Positions 26,496-38,800 of a stretch of 64,000 nt of DNA are shown here, piece by piece; within the stretch, counting starts at the first letter, position 1, and every line of letters begins with the position of its first letter. The translations under genes and the position numbers were made by a program. This DNA is from Azolla caroliniana (taxonomy: Eukaryota > Plantae > Polypodiophyta). The notes under the pieces are model-generated. The model did no database searches. It saw nothing but the letters and a program-made list of their open reading frames with translations, and was not told the DNA's origin. The DNA lies in NCBI GenBank assembly GCA_043228905.1, contig JBHGNT010000010.1, positions 4,712,001 to 4,776,000 of the forward strand, read 5' to 3'.

Positions 26496-26934
26496 TGTTG
26501 AGATATCAAGCTCAACTAGTTTAATCTAGTTAGTCAACACATGTAACTTAGTAGTTACCTAGATCGAATCTAGTTAATGTGTTGACCTTAAGCCTTTAAA
26601 TAGGACCTTGTACTTAAGTGGGATATTCTAGATCCTCCACTCCTTAGTACATTTAATGTAGGACTTACACATAAGTACCTATGTTCTACCCACACATGTG
26701 CACCTTTGCACATGGGTTGTATATATACCTCATTGTGGGTATTTTTGAACGTTGATGACACTTTTCAATATAGTCAATCATCCCCCATTTATCTTTGTGT
26801 TCAAGTGTAACTTCCTCTCTCTCTCTCTTCCTCTCACACACTCTCACACCCATATCATACTAATCTTCCGCTGCTTAACGTAACCATATAATTAGTCTCT
26901 AATTAACCCTAGTTAATTACCTAATTACTTAACA
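26496..26934. mobile_element. Solo LTR inserted in the 5' LTR of element A
   Basis: TGTTG...TAACA termini, flanked by a perfect 5-bp TSD CATAT (26491-26495, 26935-26939). Confidence 0.85.
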
Positions 26935-27224
26935 CATATTCTAGATTGCTCTGGAACAATCTAGAAATTTGAGGAATACTCTTGCCAATACTATAAATAG
27001 AGGCACATGGTTCAGAATCAATTCGGTTCACTGCCAGTCTTAAGCCCCTATATGTTCTTGTATCTTCTCTTCATATAATATACCACTTGTTATCATTATT
27101 CTCTCTCTCTCATAAATAATGGCTTTCATTACGAAAGAAAAAACACCACCATGACTAAGTTACTACAAAGTATAGAACCCTTCTATTTAGGGATCTAAAG
27201 ACTACTACGATACACACACACACA

Positions 27225-27263
<39 letters not shown>

Positions 27264-28919
27264 TCTCTCGTGAGTCCCACACACTCCCTTCCTCTTAGTA
27301 ATAATCCTCATAGTACTTTCTTCCTCTATCTCTAGTACTAATTCCCTCTCTGTCTTTAGCACTATTCCTGACAACTTGAACCAAATTTCCCTTCATCTTC
27401 GTATCCCTCCTTCCCTTCATTCTATTCTTCTTATCCTTCCTTCCTCCAATACTATGGCGACTGTTAGCGCTCAATAATACCAATCTATTTTCTTGGAGTT
27501 GCAATACTTGAAATAAAAGTTTGTAGCACTAGAACAAGAAAATCAACAATTGTTGGGGGATCTTCAACAAATCTCTCTAGAAAAGTAGCAAACAGAACAA
27601 TAACACGGGGAGTTGGCGTTACGTGTGCAACAACTTGAAGCAACCATTGTGTCATTACAACAACAAGGACAAAGTACTCAAGGGATTCATAAAGAACCTA
27701 AGATCGGTCTTCCTACAAAATTCGATGGAACGCGATCACAATTCAAAGGATTTCTTAATCAGGTACGTCTGGTGATTCAAATGCATCCTTCCCGATATCC
27801 CACCGATGCATACCAAGTGGGACTAGTAGGCACGTTGCTTAGTGGCACAACTTTGGCATGGTTCGCTCCTTTGTTAGAAAAAGGATCTCCATTGTTAAAT
27901 AATTTTGAGGAATTTATTAGCGAGTTTAAATCCTGTTTCGGAGACACTGACAACATTAGGACGACACTCAATAAAATCCGAAGATTGCGTCAAGGTGATC
28001 GTCTAGCCTCAACCTACACTATGGATTTTCGTCTACTTGCCACCAATATTACTTGGGATGACCTAGAATTGATGGAGCAGTTTCGATTTGCCTACGAAAT
28101 GATGTCAAAGACTTACTCCCGACTTTCCCTGAAGAACCAAAGTCGCTCACAGAGGCAACCAGTCGAGCGGTACGTTGCGATAACAGGCTTTTCGAACGAT
28201 GTTCAGAACGTCGGTTACAAATGCCAAGAGCAAGGTCGGAGCCCACATACGCCTAAGTCGTGGCAAAACCATTTGCAAGGGAGTCATATAATGTGTCTCC
28301 AACAAATACTCCAACACCGATGGAAATTGACACCACACGTCATCGTGGACCATTATCGGAAGAGGAAAAGCAACGACGCCGAGCAAATCGACTATGTCTT
28401 TATTGTGGTGGACCGAGACATATTGCAGTGAATTGTTCCCATAGGCCAAGAAGACAGGTAAATCAAATAGTCGCTAGTACTAAACCTGAGTCTATTTCAT
28501 TAGGAGTGTTTGATAGTCCTAATAGCCCAAGCCTATCAAACAAATTTGAAGTTCTTCGTCGACTAGAAGAAGAGTTAAACGACTAAGTCTAGCTAAAATA
28601 GGAGCCGTTTGGTTGGACAGATCTGTGCAACCCATTAGTGGTTCCATTCCCTCTAAGAAAGTTAGCAATGTCTTCCTAGTTCAAGTAACAATTAGTACTA
28701 AAAGTAACCCTCCAGTACATGTCTTAGCACTCTTAGATTCCGAAGCCAATTCTTGCTTCATGGATAAGAATTTTGCCCAATCTCATAAGATATCCCTAAG
28801 AAAACTCCCATGCCCAGCTTCTGTAATAGTCATTGATGGTCGCCCCATTGCTTCAGGAAATATCATAGAAGAGTTAGAGCTGATTAGGGTAGTCCTAAAT
28901 AATTTGGCGTGTGTAGTAT

Positions 28920-30057
28920 TGTGGTGTGCACGTATGCCTTTGTGACACTCTTTTAGCACACCCTTTTTAGGATGCATGTACCTAAGCCAACCCACCCTTT
29001 TAGCATACCCTTTTAAGCTAAGCCAACCCAAATGGGTACCTTTGTATAAACTATAAATTGAGTAAGAAGTAAGAAGCTAAAGAGACTGGTTTTGATCTCT
29101 AATGTGCATTTCACATATTGGTGGAGAAGTGGAGTACCAGTTCCCCACATCCAAGCATCCACCTCTTCCCCCTCAACTTCTTGTCCCACGAGTTTCTCCG
29201 ATCCCCTTCCTACACGATCCCCGATCCCCCTCTGACACGATAGCCCTCCTGTCCCCCACCTCAGCCAAGTCCAGGTGGCCCTTAGTCCACAGGAGCGATT
29301 GATCTTCGCCGCCATATGATCTTTCCTCGATCCCCCTCCGACACGATAGCCCTCCTGTCCCCCACCTCAGCCAAGTCCAGGTGGCCCTTAGTCCACAGGA
29401 GCGATTGATCTTCGCCGCCATATGATCTTTCCTCGATCCCCCTTCGACACGATAGCCCTCATGTCCCCCACCTCAGCTGAGTCCAGGTGGCCCTTAGTCC
29501 ACAAGAGTGATTGATCTCTATTCGCCGATTGATAGCTCGTTTTCTGTCACTAGCCCCGTCCAACTATCAAGGCCAACAAATCCACGGGGGATGTCCTCAA
29601 TGTCGTTGCAACTCAACTATGTGTCCGTAGATGTTTACATCCCCATGCCATCTTCACTGAATGCCTCAACAAGACCCTCAAGCAGGAGGTTGCCGCATGA
29701 ATCAACCCTTTTAGAGCACTCTATGGGTGTGATCCTCACCTCCCACCAGAATCGTCCATTGACGTCCATTCCGAACCTGCCAACATGCCACCTTAGGCCC
29801 ATCTTCTGACCCCCATCCTTTCCCCGTGTTGTAAACCTCCTTGTTTCTCTCAAGGGGGAAATGTGGTGTGCATGTATGCCTTTGTGCCACTATTTTAGCA
29901 CACCCTTTTTAGGATGCATGTACCTAAGCCGACCCACCCTTTTAGCATACCCTTTTAAGCTAAGCCAACCCAAATGGGTACCTTTGTATAAACTATAAAT
30001 TGAGTAAGAAGTAAGAAGCTAAAGAGACTGGTTTTGATCTCTTATGTGCATTTCACA
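28920..30057 (+). mobile_element. Element F: TRIM-like non-autonomous LTR element (1138 bp) in the protease of A
   Basis: Near-identical 196-bp LTRs (28920-29115, 29862-30057; TG...CA). PBS TGGTGGAGA (tRNA-Ala-like), PPT aagggggaaa. Internal 106-bp unit x~3 (29222, 29328, 29434). No recognisable coding domain. 4-bp TSD GTAT. Confidence 0.88.
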
Positions 30058-30099
30058 GTATCATTTAATATAATTAGTAGTTCAGATCATCCAATTGTC

Positions 30100-30384
30100 T
30101 GACAGGAATTGCACGCTCCCTATGCGCAACGCTCGGCCACAACCGAGCTTAGAATCATACACAGAAAACGGAAACAAAAAAAAACACGACACAAAGGAGA
30201 GAAAGAGTACACAGGATGTTTAACGTGGAAAACCCTAAGAGGGAAAAACCACGGGAGTCCACAGACTCCAAACTATCGCTATATAAGAATGTACAATGGT
30301 GGAGCGCCGAGGCAACGACCTCAAGCTTGCTATCTTCGCCACAGTCGGCGGTTACAACAGAGATGCGAACTCTTCGTCTCTTCG

Positions 30385-30432
<48 letters not shown>

Positions 30433-33400
30433 CACTGTTACACACTCTCTCTTCTTGCACCAACAAGAATGACAACAACACATAAGTTTGCCCTAAGTCA
30501 TATTTATACTAATATGACTTTTTGGCTATTTACAAATATAGCCCCGATGGACTCTTAGAAACACATTTACGAATATGTCTCTTCATCTAGTGAGCACTCC
30601 TCACCGGGCCTGCATCATCCGGTGCTTGCCGAGTACTCGTCATCCGGTTCTCACCGGGTCTTCCGTAGCCGGGTACTCCTCATCCGGTTCTCACCGGGTC
30701 TGCAACATCCGGCTCTCCGTAGCCGGGTACTCATCATTCGGTTCTCACTGGGTCTTCCGTAGCCGGGTATTCCTCATCCGGATAGGCCTCGGCCGAGTTT
30801 GCTCATCAGTACTGTTCTTCTGACTTCCCATCCGGAGGGACCTGTTTCCTAACAAACTCCCCCTTCACTCCGGCATGGGATGTCTTACTAGTCCGATCCG
30901 CTTCCTGCATGCATCCAACTTGTCGGGTATCAGTACTTTGGTCAGCATATCTGACCCGTTCTCGTCCGTGTGGATCTTCGTCAACACAAACTCATGGTCA
31001 TCTACTCTTTCCCGGATCCAGTGATACCTCCGCTGGATATGCTTCGTCCGGGAATGGTAGGCCGCATTCTTAGCAAGGTGGATGACACTTTGACTGTCGC
31101 AATAGAGCCGATATTCATCTTGCCGGATGCCGAGCTCTCCGATGAAGTCCTTCATCCATAATATTTCCTTGCCGGCTTCCACAACCGCCATGTACTACGC
31201 CTCCGTGGTTGACAACGCAACCGTATTCTGTAGCCTCAACTGCCATGAGATGGCTCCCCCTGCATATGTCATTACATACCCGGATGTAGACCGGTTGGTA
31301 TCCACATCAGCCGACATGTCTGAATCGGTAAAACCGTCAAGTTGAGGTTTTCCGGAACTGAATCGGAGACACATATTTGAAGTGCCCTTCAAATACCAGA
31401 GTATCCATTTGACCGCGTTCCAGTGCTCCTTGCCGAGATTGCTCATGAACCGGCTCACCACTCCGACTGCGTATCCTATATCCGGTCGGGTACACACCAT
31501 TGCGTACATTAAGCTCCCGACGGCAGAGGCATATGGAACCTTCATCATATCAGCCTTCTCTGTTTTAGTCTTCAGGCTTTGCTTACCGGATAATCTGCAG
31601 TTTGCCGGGAGTGTCGATCCGACCGGTTTCGCTTCTAACATGTTGAACCGCTGAAGCACCTTTGTCACGTATTTCTCCTGTGATAGCCACAATTGCTTCG
31701 TTGGCCGGTTCCGGATGATATGCATCCCCAGCATCTGTCTTGCCGGACCCAAGTCTTTCATTGAGAAGGTCCGGTTGAGAGCCTTCTTCAGCATTCGTAT
31801 TTTGGCTTGGTCCTGTCCGACGATCAACATGTCGTCCACGTATAGAAGGAGTATCAGGAAGTCGCCTCCTTCGAACTTCTTCACAAACACGCAGTGATCA
31901 GCCTGCGTCTTGTGGTACCCTTGATCGATCATGAAGGAGTCGAACTTCTGGTACCATTGTCGGGGAGCCTGCTTCAGTCCGTACATGCTCTTCTTCAACC
32001 GGCATACCAGGTGCTCCTTCCCTTTCTCCACGAATCCTTCCGGTTGCTGCATGTAGATCTCCTCTTTGAGGTCACCGTGAAGGAATGCCGTCTTCACGTC
32101 TAACTGCTCTACCTCGAGGTCCATGCTTGCCGCTATACTCAGCACCGTCCGGATGGAGGTCATCTTTACTACCGGGGCAAATATCTCGTCGAAGTCCACA
32201 CCCTTCTTCTGCTGGAACCCCTTCACCACGATCCTGGCTTTGTATCTCGGGGGGTTGCCAGGCATCTCCCGGTTTCAACTTGTACACCCACTTATTTCGG
32301 AGTGCCCGCTTTCCTTTCGGCAACTCCACCAATTCGTACGTATGGTTCTCATGCATGGAATCCATCTCATCCTGCATGGCACTTAACCATTTTCGGATGT
32401 GGGTGTCATCCTTCGCTTCTTCGAAGCTTTCTGGCTCACCCTCGTCGGTTAGCAGCACATGCTCTGCATCCGGAAATCTTCGGGGGGCCCTTCTCTCTCT
32501 GAGAGGATATCTCCGTCTTTGGGCTTCGGTAACCGGATCCTCCATTTGCTCTTCATCCGAATCCGATTCGGGTTCTTGGCCGGTACCGGTTTCAACTTCC
32601 TCTACTTCTTCTTCTGCCGGTTCGGTATCCTCACCATAACCGGCTGGTTCCTCGAGTGCTAACCGGTCTCTTGCCGATTGGGTCTGCTCATCGTAGATTC
32701 GATCCTTACCGGTCGACTCGGAGTTCATTATCTTCTTCTCCGACTCCCAGTCGACGAGCGTCTTGTCCTCCATGAAGATAATATCTCGACTCCGGAATAC
32801 CTTCTTGTCGACCAGGTCCCACACTCGGTAGCCGAACTCATCGTCGCCGTAACCAAGGAATATGCATGGCCGGGTCTTTGGATCTAACTTTCCTCTCCGG
32901 TCCTTAGCTACATGCACATTCGCAAGACACCCGAATACCTTCATATGCCGGTAGGATACTTCCTTACCGGTCCATACCCTCTGTGGCGTGTCTCCGTCCA
33001 AGGGTACTGAGGGTGATCTGTTTATCACATACGTCGCTGTCGACAGTGCCTCATCCCAAAACTTCTTGGGTAGTTTTGCATGCGCCAACATACTCCGGAC
33101 CCTCTCCATTATGGTCCGGTTCATCCTCTCAGCCAACCCATTTAGTTCCGGCGTCTTCGGCACGGTAAATTCGAGCCGGATTCCCTTCGAGCGACAATAC
33201 TCCTCGAACTGCCCCCGGTATTCACCTCTGTTATCAGCTTGAACCGCCTTCAGCTTCCGGCCAGTCTCTCTTTCCACTCTCGCATGGAGCTCTTTGAAGA
33301 TGGATAACACCTGATCCTTCGTCTTTAATGGTGTGGCCCACAGCTTCCGGCTGTGGTCATCTATGAACGTCACGAAGTACTGTGATCCTGCATGTGACTT

Positions 33401-35240
33401 CGTGTCCACTTGACACACATCAGTATGCACCAACTCCAGTGGTGTATTACGTCTCATCGGTGACCTCGAGCGGAAGGAGGTCCGGTTTTGCTTTCTGGCC
33501 AGACAATCAGTGCACTTCTCCAAGTGCACGTTCTTCACTGGAATGAGGTTGTCGTCTGCAAGCCTCTTCATCCCCTTCTCGCTCATGTGACATAGCCTTT
33601 TGTGCCACAGCTCACCGACAATGTCGGATGCCACGTTCACTTCCTCCGGACATAACCGGGCATTCATCAGGTACAATGTGTTTACCTTCCGGGCCCGAGC
33701 CACAATCAGGCTCCCTTTGCTGAACTTCATAACACCGTTCCGGATGCTACCCGTGTAGCCTTCATCATCTAGCCGACCGGTTGATATCAGGTTCAGACGA
33801 ACCTCCGGAACGTGTCGAACATCCTTTAGCAGCATCTTGCATCCGGTTGGTGTTGACAGCTACACGTCTCCTATGCCGACAATTCGGCATGTACCTTCAT
33901 TCCCCATCCGGACACAACTGTGATCAACAGCTGAGTAGGATGAGAAGCATTTCCGGTCCGGGGTAAGGTGGAACGACACTCCGGAGTCGACCACCCAGGT
34001 CATCTCGTCGCCGGCAAGGTTTAGTTCACTTTCCTCGGTGATGAGCATCAACTCTTCTTCACTTGCCGTGATTGCCGTCGTTCCCTTCCGATTCATTCCC
34101 CTCCGGTCTTTACCGTTCCGGTCCGGTGTCCGCTTCGAATCGGTACCGTCGGTTTCCTTGTCTTTCCGGAAATGCCAACAGTTCTTCTGGAAGTGTCCCG
34201 GCTTGCCGCAATAGAAGCAAGTAGCCCCCCCCCCCCCCCCCCCCCCCTTTACTTTGACCGCGTCCCCGACTTTTCCCGGTTCTGGGGACTACGGTTCCTT
34301 TGTCTTCCGCGTTCCGATTCGGTAAGGAGCGCTTTGGAGTCGGAGCTCGTATCCTTATCTTTCCGACGCGCCTCCTTATCTAGCAAGCTCGATTTCACTC
34401 TTGCTAGGGATAACTGTTTCCCTTCCGGCCCGGCGTTGCCCAAGGTGACAACCAACGTCTCCCAGCTATCTGGGAGGGAACCGAGCAGGAGTAGTGCTAG
34501 TACCTCGTCGGCGAGAGGTACTTCCAATGATGTTGCCTGGTGGATCAGCCCCTGGAAGGCATTCATGTGCTCCGCCATGCTGGAGCCATCTTGGTATCAG
34601 AGTCTTACTAGCTTCCGGAATACCGAAACCTGGTTAACAACATTTTTGTTTTGAAACATAATGCCGATCTTCTCCCAGAGGTCATGAGCCTTGCTCTCTT
34701 CATTGAAGTTGTTGTATAGGTTCATGTCGATGAAGCATCGTATATACGCCGTTGTCTTCATGTGCATCACCTCCCATATCGTGGCGTCGATTTTGTCCGG
34801 TCTCTTGTCCCCAAACTGAACCGGCAACCAAAGATCTTTAACCACGAGCATGTCCCTCATCTTCGACTTCCACACCGAATAGTTGGAGCCGGTGAGCTTG
34901 AACATGCCTCCCAACGAATCATCCATTTTCTGTGTCGTTTCGCTCTGATACCACTTTGACAGGAACTGCACGCTCCCTATGCGCAACGCTCGGCCACAAC
35001 CGAGCTTAGAATCATACACAGAAAACGGAAACAAAAAAAAACATGACACAAAGGAGAGAAAGAGTACACAGGATGTTTAACGTGGAAAACCTTGAGAGGG
35101 AAAAACCACAGGAGTCCACAGACTCCAAACTATCACTATATAAGAATGTACAATGGTGGAGCGCCGAGGCAATGACCTCGAGCTTGCTATCTTCGCCACA
35201 GTCGGCGGTTACAATAGAGATGCGAACTCTTCGTCTCTTC

Positions 35241-35279
<39 letters not shown>

Positions 35280-35859
35280 CACTGTTACACGCTCTCTCTT
35301 CTTGCACCAACAAGAATGACAACAACACATAAGTTTGCCCTAAGTCATATTTATACTAATATGACTTTCCGGCTATTTACAAATATAGCCCCGATGGACT
35401 CTCAGAAACACATTTACGAATATGTCTCAGAAACACACACTGTTACACGCTCTCTCTTCTTGCACCAACAAGAATGACAACAACACATAAGTTTGCCCTA
35501 AGTCATATTTATACTAATATGACTTTCCGGCTATTTACAAATATAGCCCCGATGGACTCTCAGAAACACATTTACGAATATCTCTCTTCATCCAGTGAGC
35601 ACTCCTCACCGGGCCTGCATCATCCGACGCTTGCCGAGTACTCGTCATCCGGTTCTCACCGGGTCTTCCGTAGCCGGGTACTCCTCATCCGGTTCTCACC
35701 GGGTCTGCAACATCCGGCTCTCCGTAGCTGGGTACTCATCATCCGGTTCTCACCGGGTCTTCCGTAGCCGGGTATTCCTCATCCGGATAGGCCTCGGCCG
35801 AGTTTGCTCATCAGTATTGTTCTTCTGACTTCCCATCCGGAGGGACTTGTTTCCTAACA
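30100..35859 (-). mobile_element. Element E: Ty1/Copia LTR retrotransposon, Tto1/Tork-like, mildly degenerate
   Basis: LTRs 34957-35859 (5') and 30100-30854 (3'). tRNA-iMet PBS TGGTATCAGAGC (34942-34953), PPT aagggggagtt, TSD TTGTC. gag LTGSNYSVWKSKMRD, protease WVVDSG, integrase VHTDVC...PELNGLAERMNR, RT QLDVKTAFLHG/YVDDML, RNase H DSQSVIHLAKN...HSRTKHI. Several stops and frameshifts. Confidence 0.95.
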
Positions 35860-38800
35860 TTGTCTTGGGGTTACCATGGTTCGAATTACACAATCCAGAC
35901 ATAGATTGGAGAACAAGAGAAATTAGGTATCGACAACCCCGAGGAATTTCAACCATTTCGTTACATCAATTGCGTGAGGAAGGACGCAAGGAATCAATGT
36001 TTGTATTCGCAGTATCAATGAAACCTTCCAACACCACTAACGAGGAGTCAACAATTCAACTTCCAAAGAAGTATCATCATTACGCCGACCTTTTTGGTAA
36101 GGTGAAAGCTAGTACTCTTCCTCACCATCGACCGTATGATTGCCCCATTGACTTACAACCAGGAAAAGAGCCACCATGGGGACCGATTTACAACTTGTCA
36201 CCAACCGAGCTTGAAGTTCTTCGAGCCTATATAGAAGAAAATTTGGCAAACATGCTCTTTCAACATTCGAAATCTCTAGCCGGCGCACCTATTTTCTTTG
36301 TCAATAAAAAAGATGGGTAACTTCATTTAGTTGTGAATTACAGTGGCTTGAATAAGGTCACCATTAGGAATATGTATGCACTTCCCCTAATCTCGAGTCT
36401 TTTAGAAAGGATTAATGATGCAAAGTTTTTCACAAAAATCGACTTATGAGGAGCATATAACCTCGTACGGATTTGATCGAGAGACGAATGGAAGACAACT
36501 TTCCGCACTTGATATGGGCACTTTGAGTATACGGTTATGCCATTCGGCCTCACCAATGTGCCAACAGTCTTCCAACACATGGCAAACAATATATTCTGAG
36601 ATCTTTTGGACATCTGTTTGATCATATACTTGGATGATCTGCTAGTTTATTCAAAGACACAAGAGGAGCACGATTCTTATGTAATATTAGTACTAAGGTG
36701 ATTATGAGAACACGGTCTTTATGCAAAACTAGAAAAGTGTAGTTTTGACTGTAACCATGTGGAATTTCTAGGCTATGTCATCTCCTTGGAAGGAAGTCCA
36801 AACTGTGTTAGAGTGGCAGACTCCACGTTCATTGCGAGATGTGCAATGCTTTTTAGGATTCACAAATTTCTATCGCAAGTTTATATAGGACTACTCAAAG
36901 CTTATTTTGCCGCTCACACAACTTACAAAGAAGGGGCAATCGTTTGTTTGGACTAAGGAAGCAGACATGACTTTTGAGGGTCTTAAGGAAGCCTTTACAT
37001 CGGCTCTTGTTCTAGCTCGTGTTGATCCACAAAAACCATTTATCATTGAGGTAGATGTGTTAGATTTGTCCCTCGGTAGTATTTTGTCACAACAAGGCGA
37101 CGATGAGAACCTACATCCCGTGGCTTTCCACTCGCGCAAATTTGACGCTGCCGAAATCAACTACGAGATACATGACAAGGAGCTATTACCAATCGTAGAC
37201 TCTTTTGCACAATGGATGCATTTTTTAGAAGGATCTCCTCATCAAGTCATTGTATTAAGTGATCACAAGAATCTTGCCTACTTCCAGAATGCTCGCGTAT
37301 TAAATATACGACAAGCTCGGTGGGCCCAATTCCTCACTCGTTTCAACTTCAAGATTACATATCATCCAAGCAAGCAACAGGGAAAGGTAAATGCATTATC
37401 ACGATGCTCGTATCTAGCTCCTCGTCCTTGTGATCCAGCCTTCGACAATCAAAAGCAAGTAATCATGGGTCCGACACGCCTTCAAGCAAAGTGGGTTTTT
37501 GACACTCCATTGGATTCCTGCATTATCAATACCATACGTGAAGATTTGAAGACAGATGTTTTCGCTCAAGCTATTCTAGATCAAATCGATCCCTCTCGGG
37601 CATCGTGTTCAGGGTCACAACAACCATGTACGGATTATCGACAATTCGAATGTCATGATGGATTAGTCTTCTTTAAGAAACTTTTGTATGTTCCCAATGG
37701 TTCTTGTCACCTTCGAATAGTACAAAATTGTCATGACACATATGCAACTGGACATTTTGGTAGTACTAAAATGTTGGATTTCATTTTGGTGGCCTCATAT
37801 GCGAAGATTTTCTGAGGACTATGTTCAGACATGTGATACATGTTGTAGAACGAAGATGCATAGACATCATCCATATGGTTTGTTGGAGCCATTACTGATC
37901 CCAAGCAAACCGTGTCAATATATTTCTCTAGATTTTATCACAGATCTCCCGGATTCGAAGGGCTTCAATGCAATCTTAACAGTGGTAGATCGATATACTA
38001 AGATGACACATTTCGTGCCTTGTACTAAAGAAGTCACTAGTGAAGAAACCGCAAGAATTGTTATCCGTGAAGTATTTCAGCATCATGATTTTCCCGACAG
38101 TATCATCCGTGATTGTGGACATCAATTCATCTCTAAATTTTGGAAGCATCTCTTCAAAATGCTCAAGATCACCTACAATCTCTCCTCCGGCTATCATCCC
38201 CAAACATATGGACAAGCAGAACATACCAATCAAATGTTGGAAAAATATCTTCGGTGTTTCCTAAGCTATCAACAAGATGATTGGGCAGATATTCTACACT
38301 TTGCTGAATTTGCTTATAATAATTCTATCCACCCCTCTACTAGGGTTACACCATTCTATTCTTATATAGGCTATCATCCTCGTTGGTGTATGTTAGAAAC
38401 TCCTGAGTTACCCAGAAATCCTAGTGCAGAGGATCATTTGGAGCGATTGCGACGAATTCAGGCAAAATTATCTAAGCACCTACATCATGCCCAATAAACA
38501 CAAAAGGATTATGTGGATCGTCATCGGCTTCCATCCTATTTTGATATTGGATATCGAGTATGGCTATTACGACGACACATGAAGACTACTCGACCATGTG
38601 ACAAACTGGATTATCGACGGTTAGGTCCTTTCTGTATTAACGGAAAAATGAATGATGTCACTTTTTGCCTTGATCTACCTTCGCAACTATGGATACGTCA
38701 AGTATTTCATAGTTCTCTTCTAGAACCCTATCAGTACAACACTAGTACAACACTAGCACAACACTATTCCAGATCGTATTACACCACCTCCACCCCCGAT

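Noticed and set aside
29222-29520. Regularly spaced repeats as a CRISPR-like array
   Set aside because: The units are contiguous 106-bp copies with no unique spacers, inside a TRIM in a eukaryotic genome.
34593-34604. Second tRNA-iMet PBS-like TGGTATCAGAG on the + strand
   Set aside because: It lies inside the antisense gag of E (it creates the premature TGA) and has no adjacent LTR end; coincidental.
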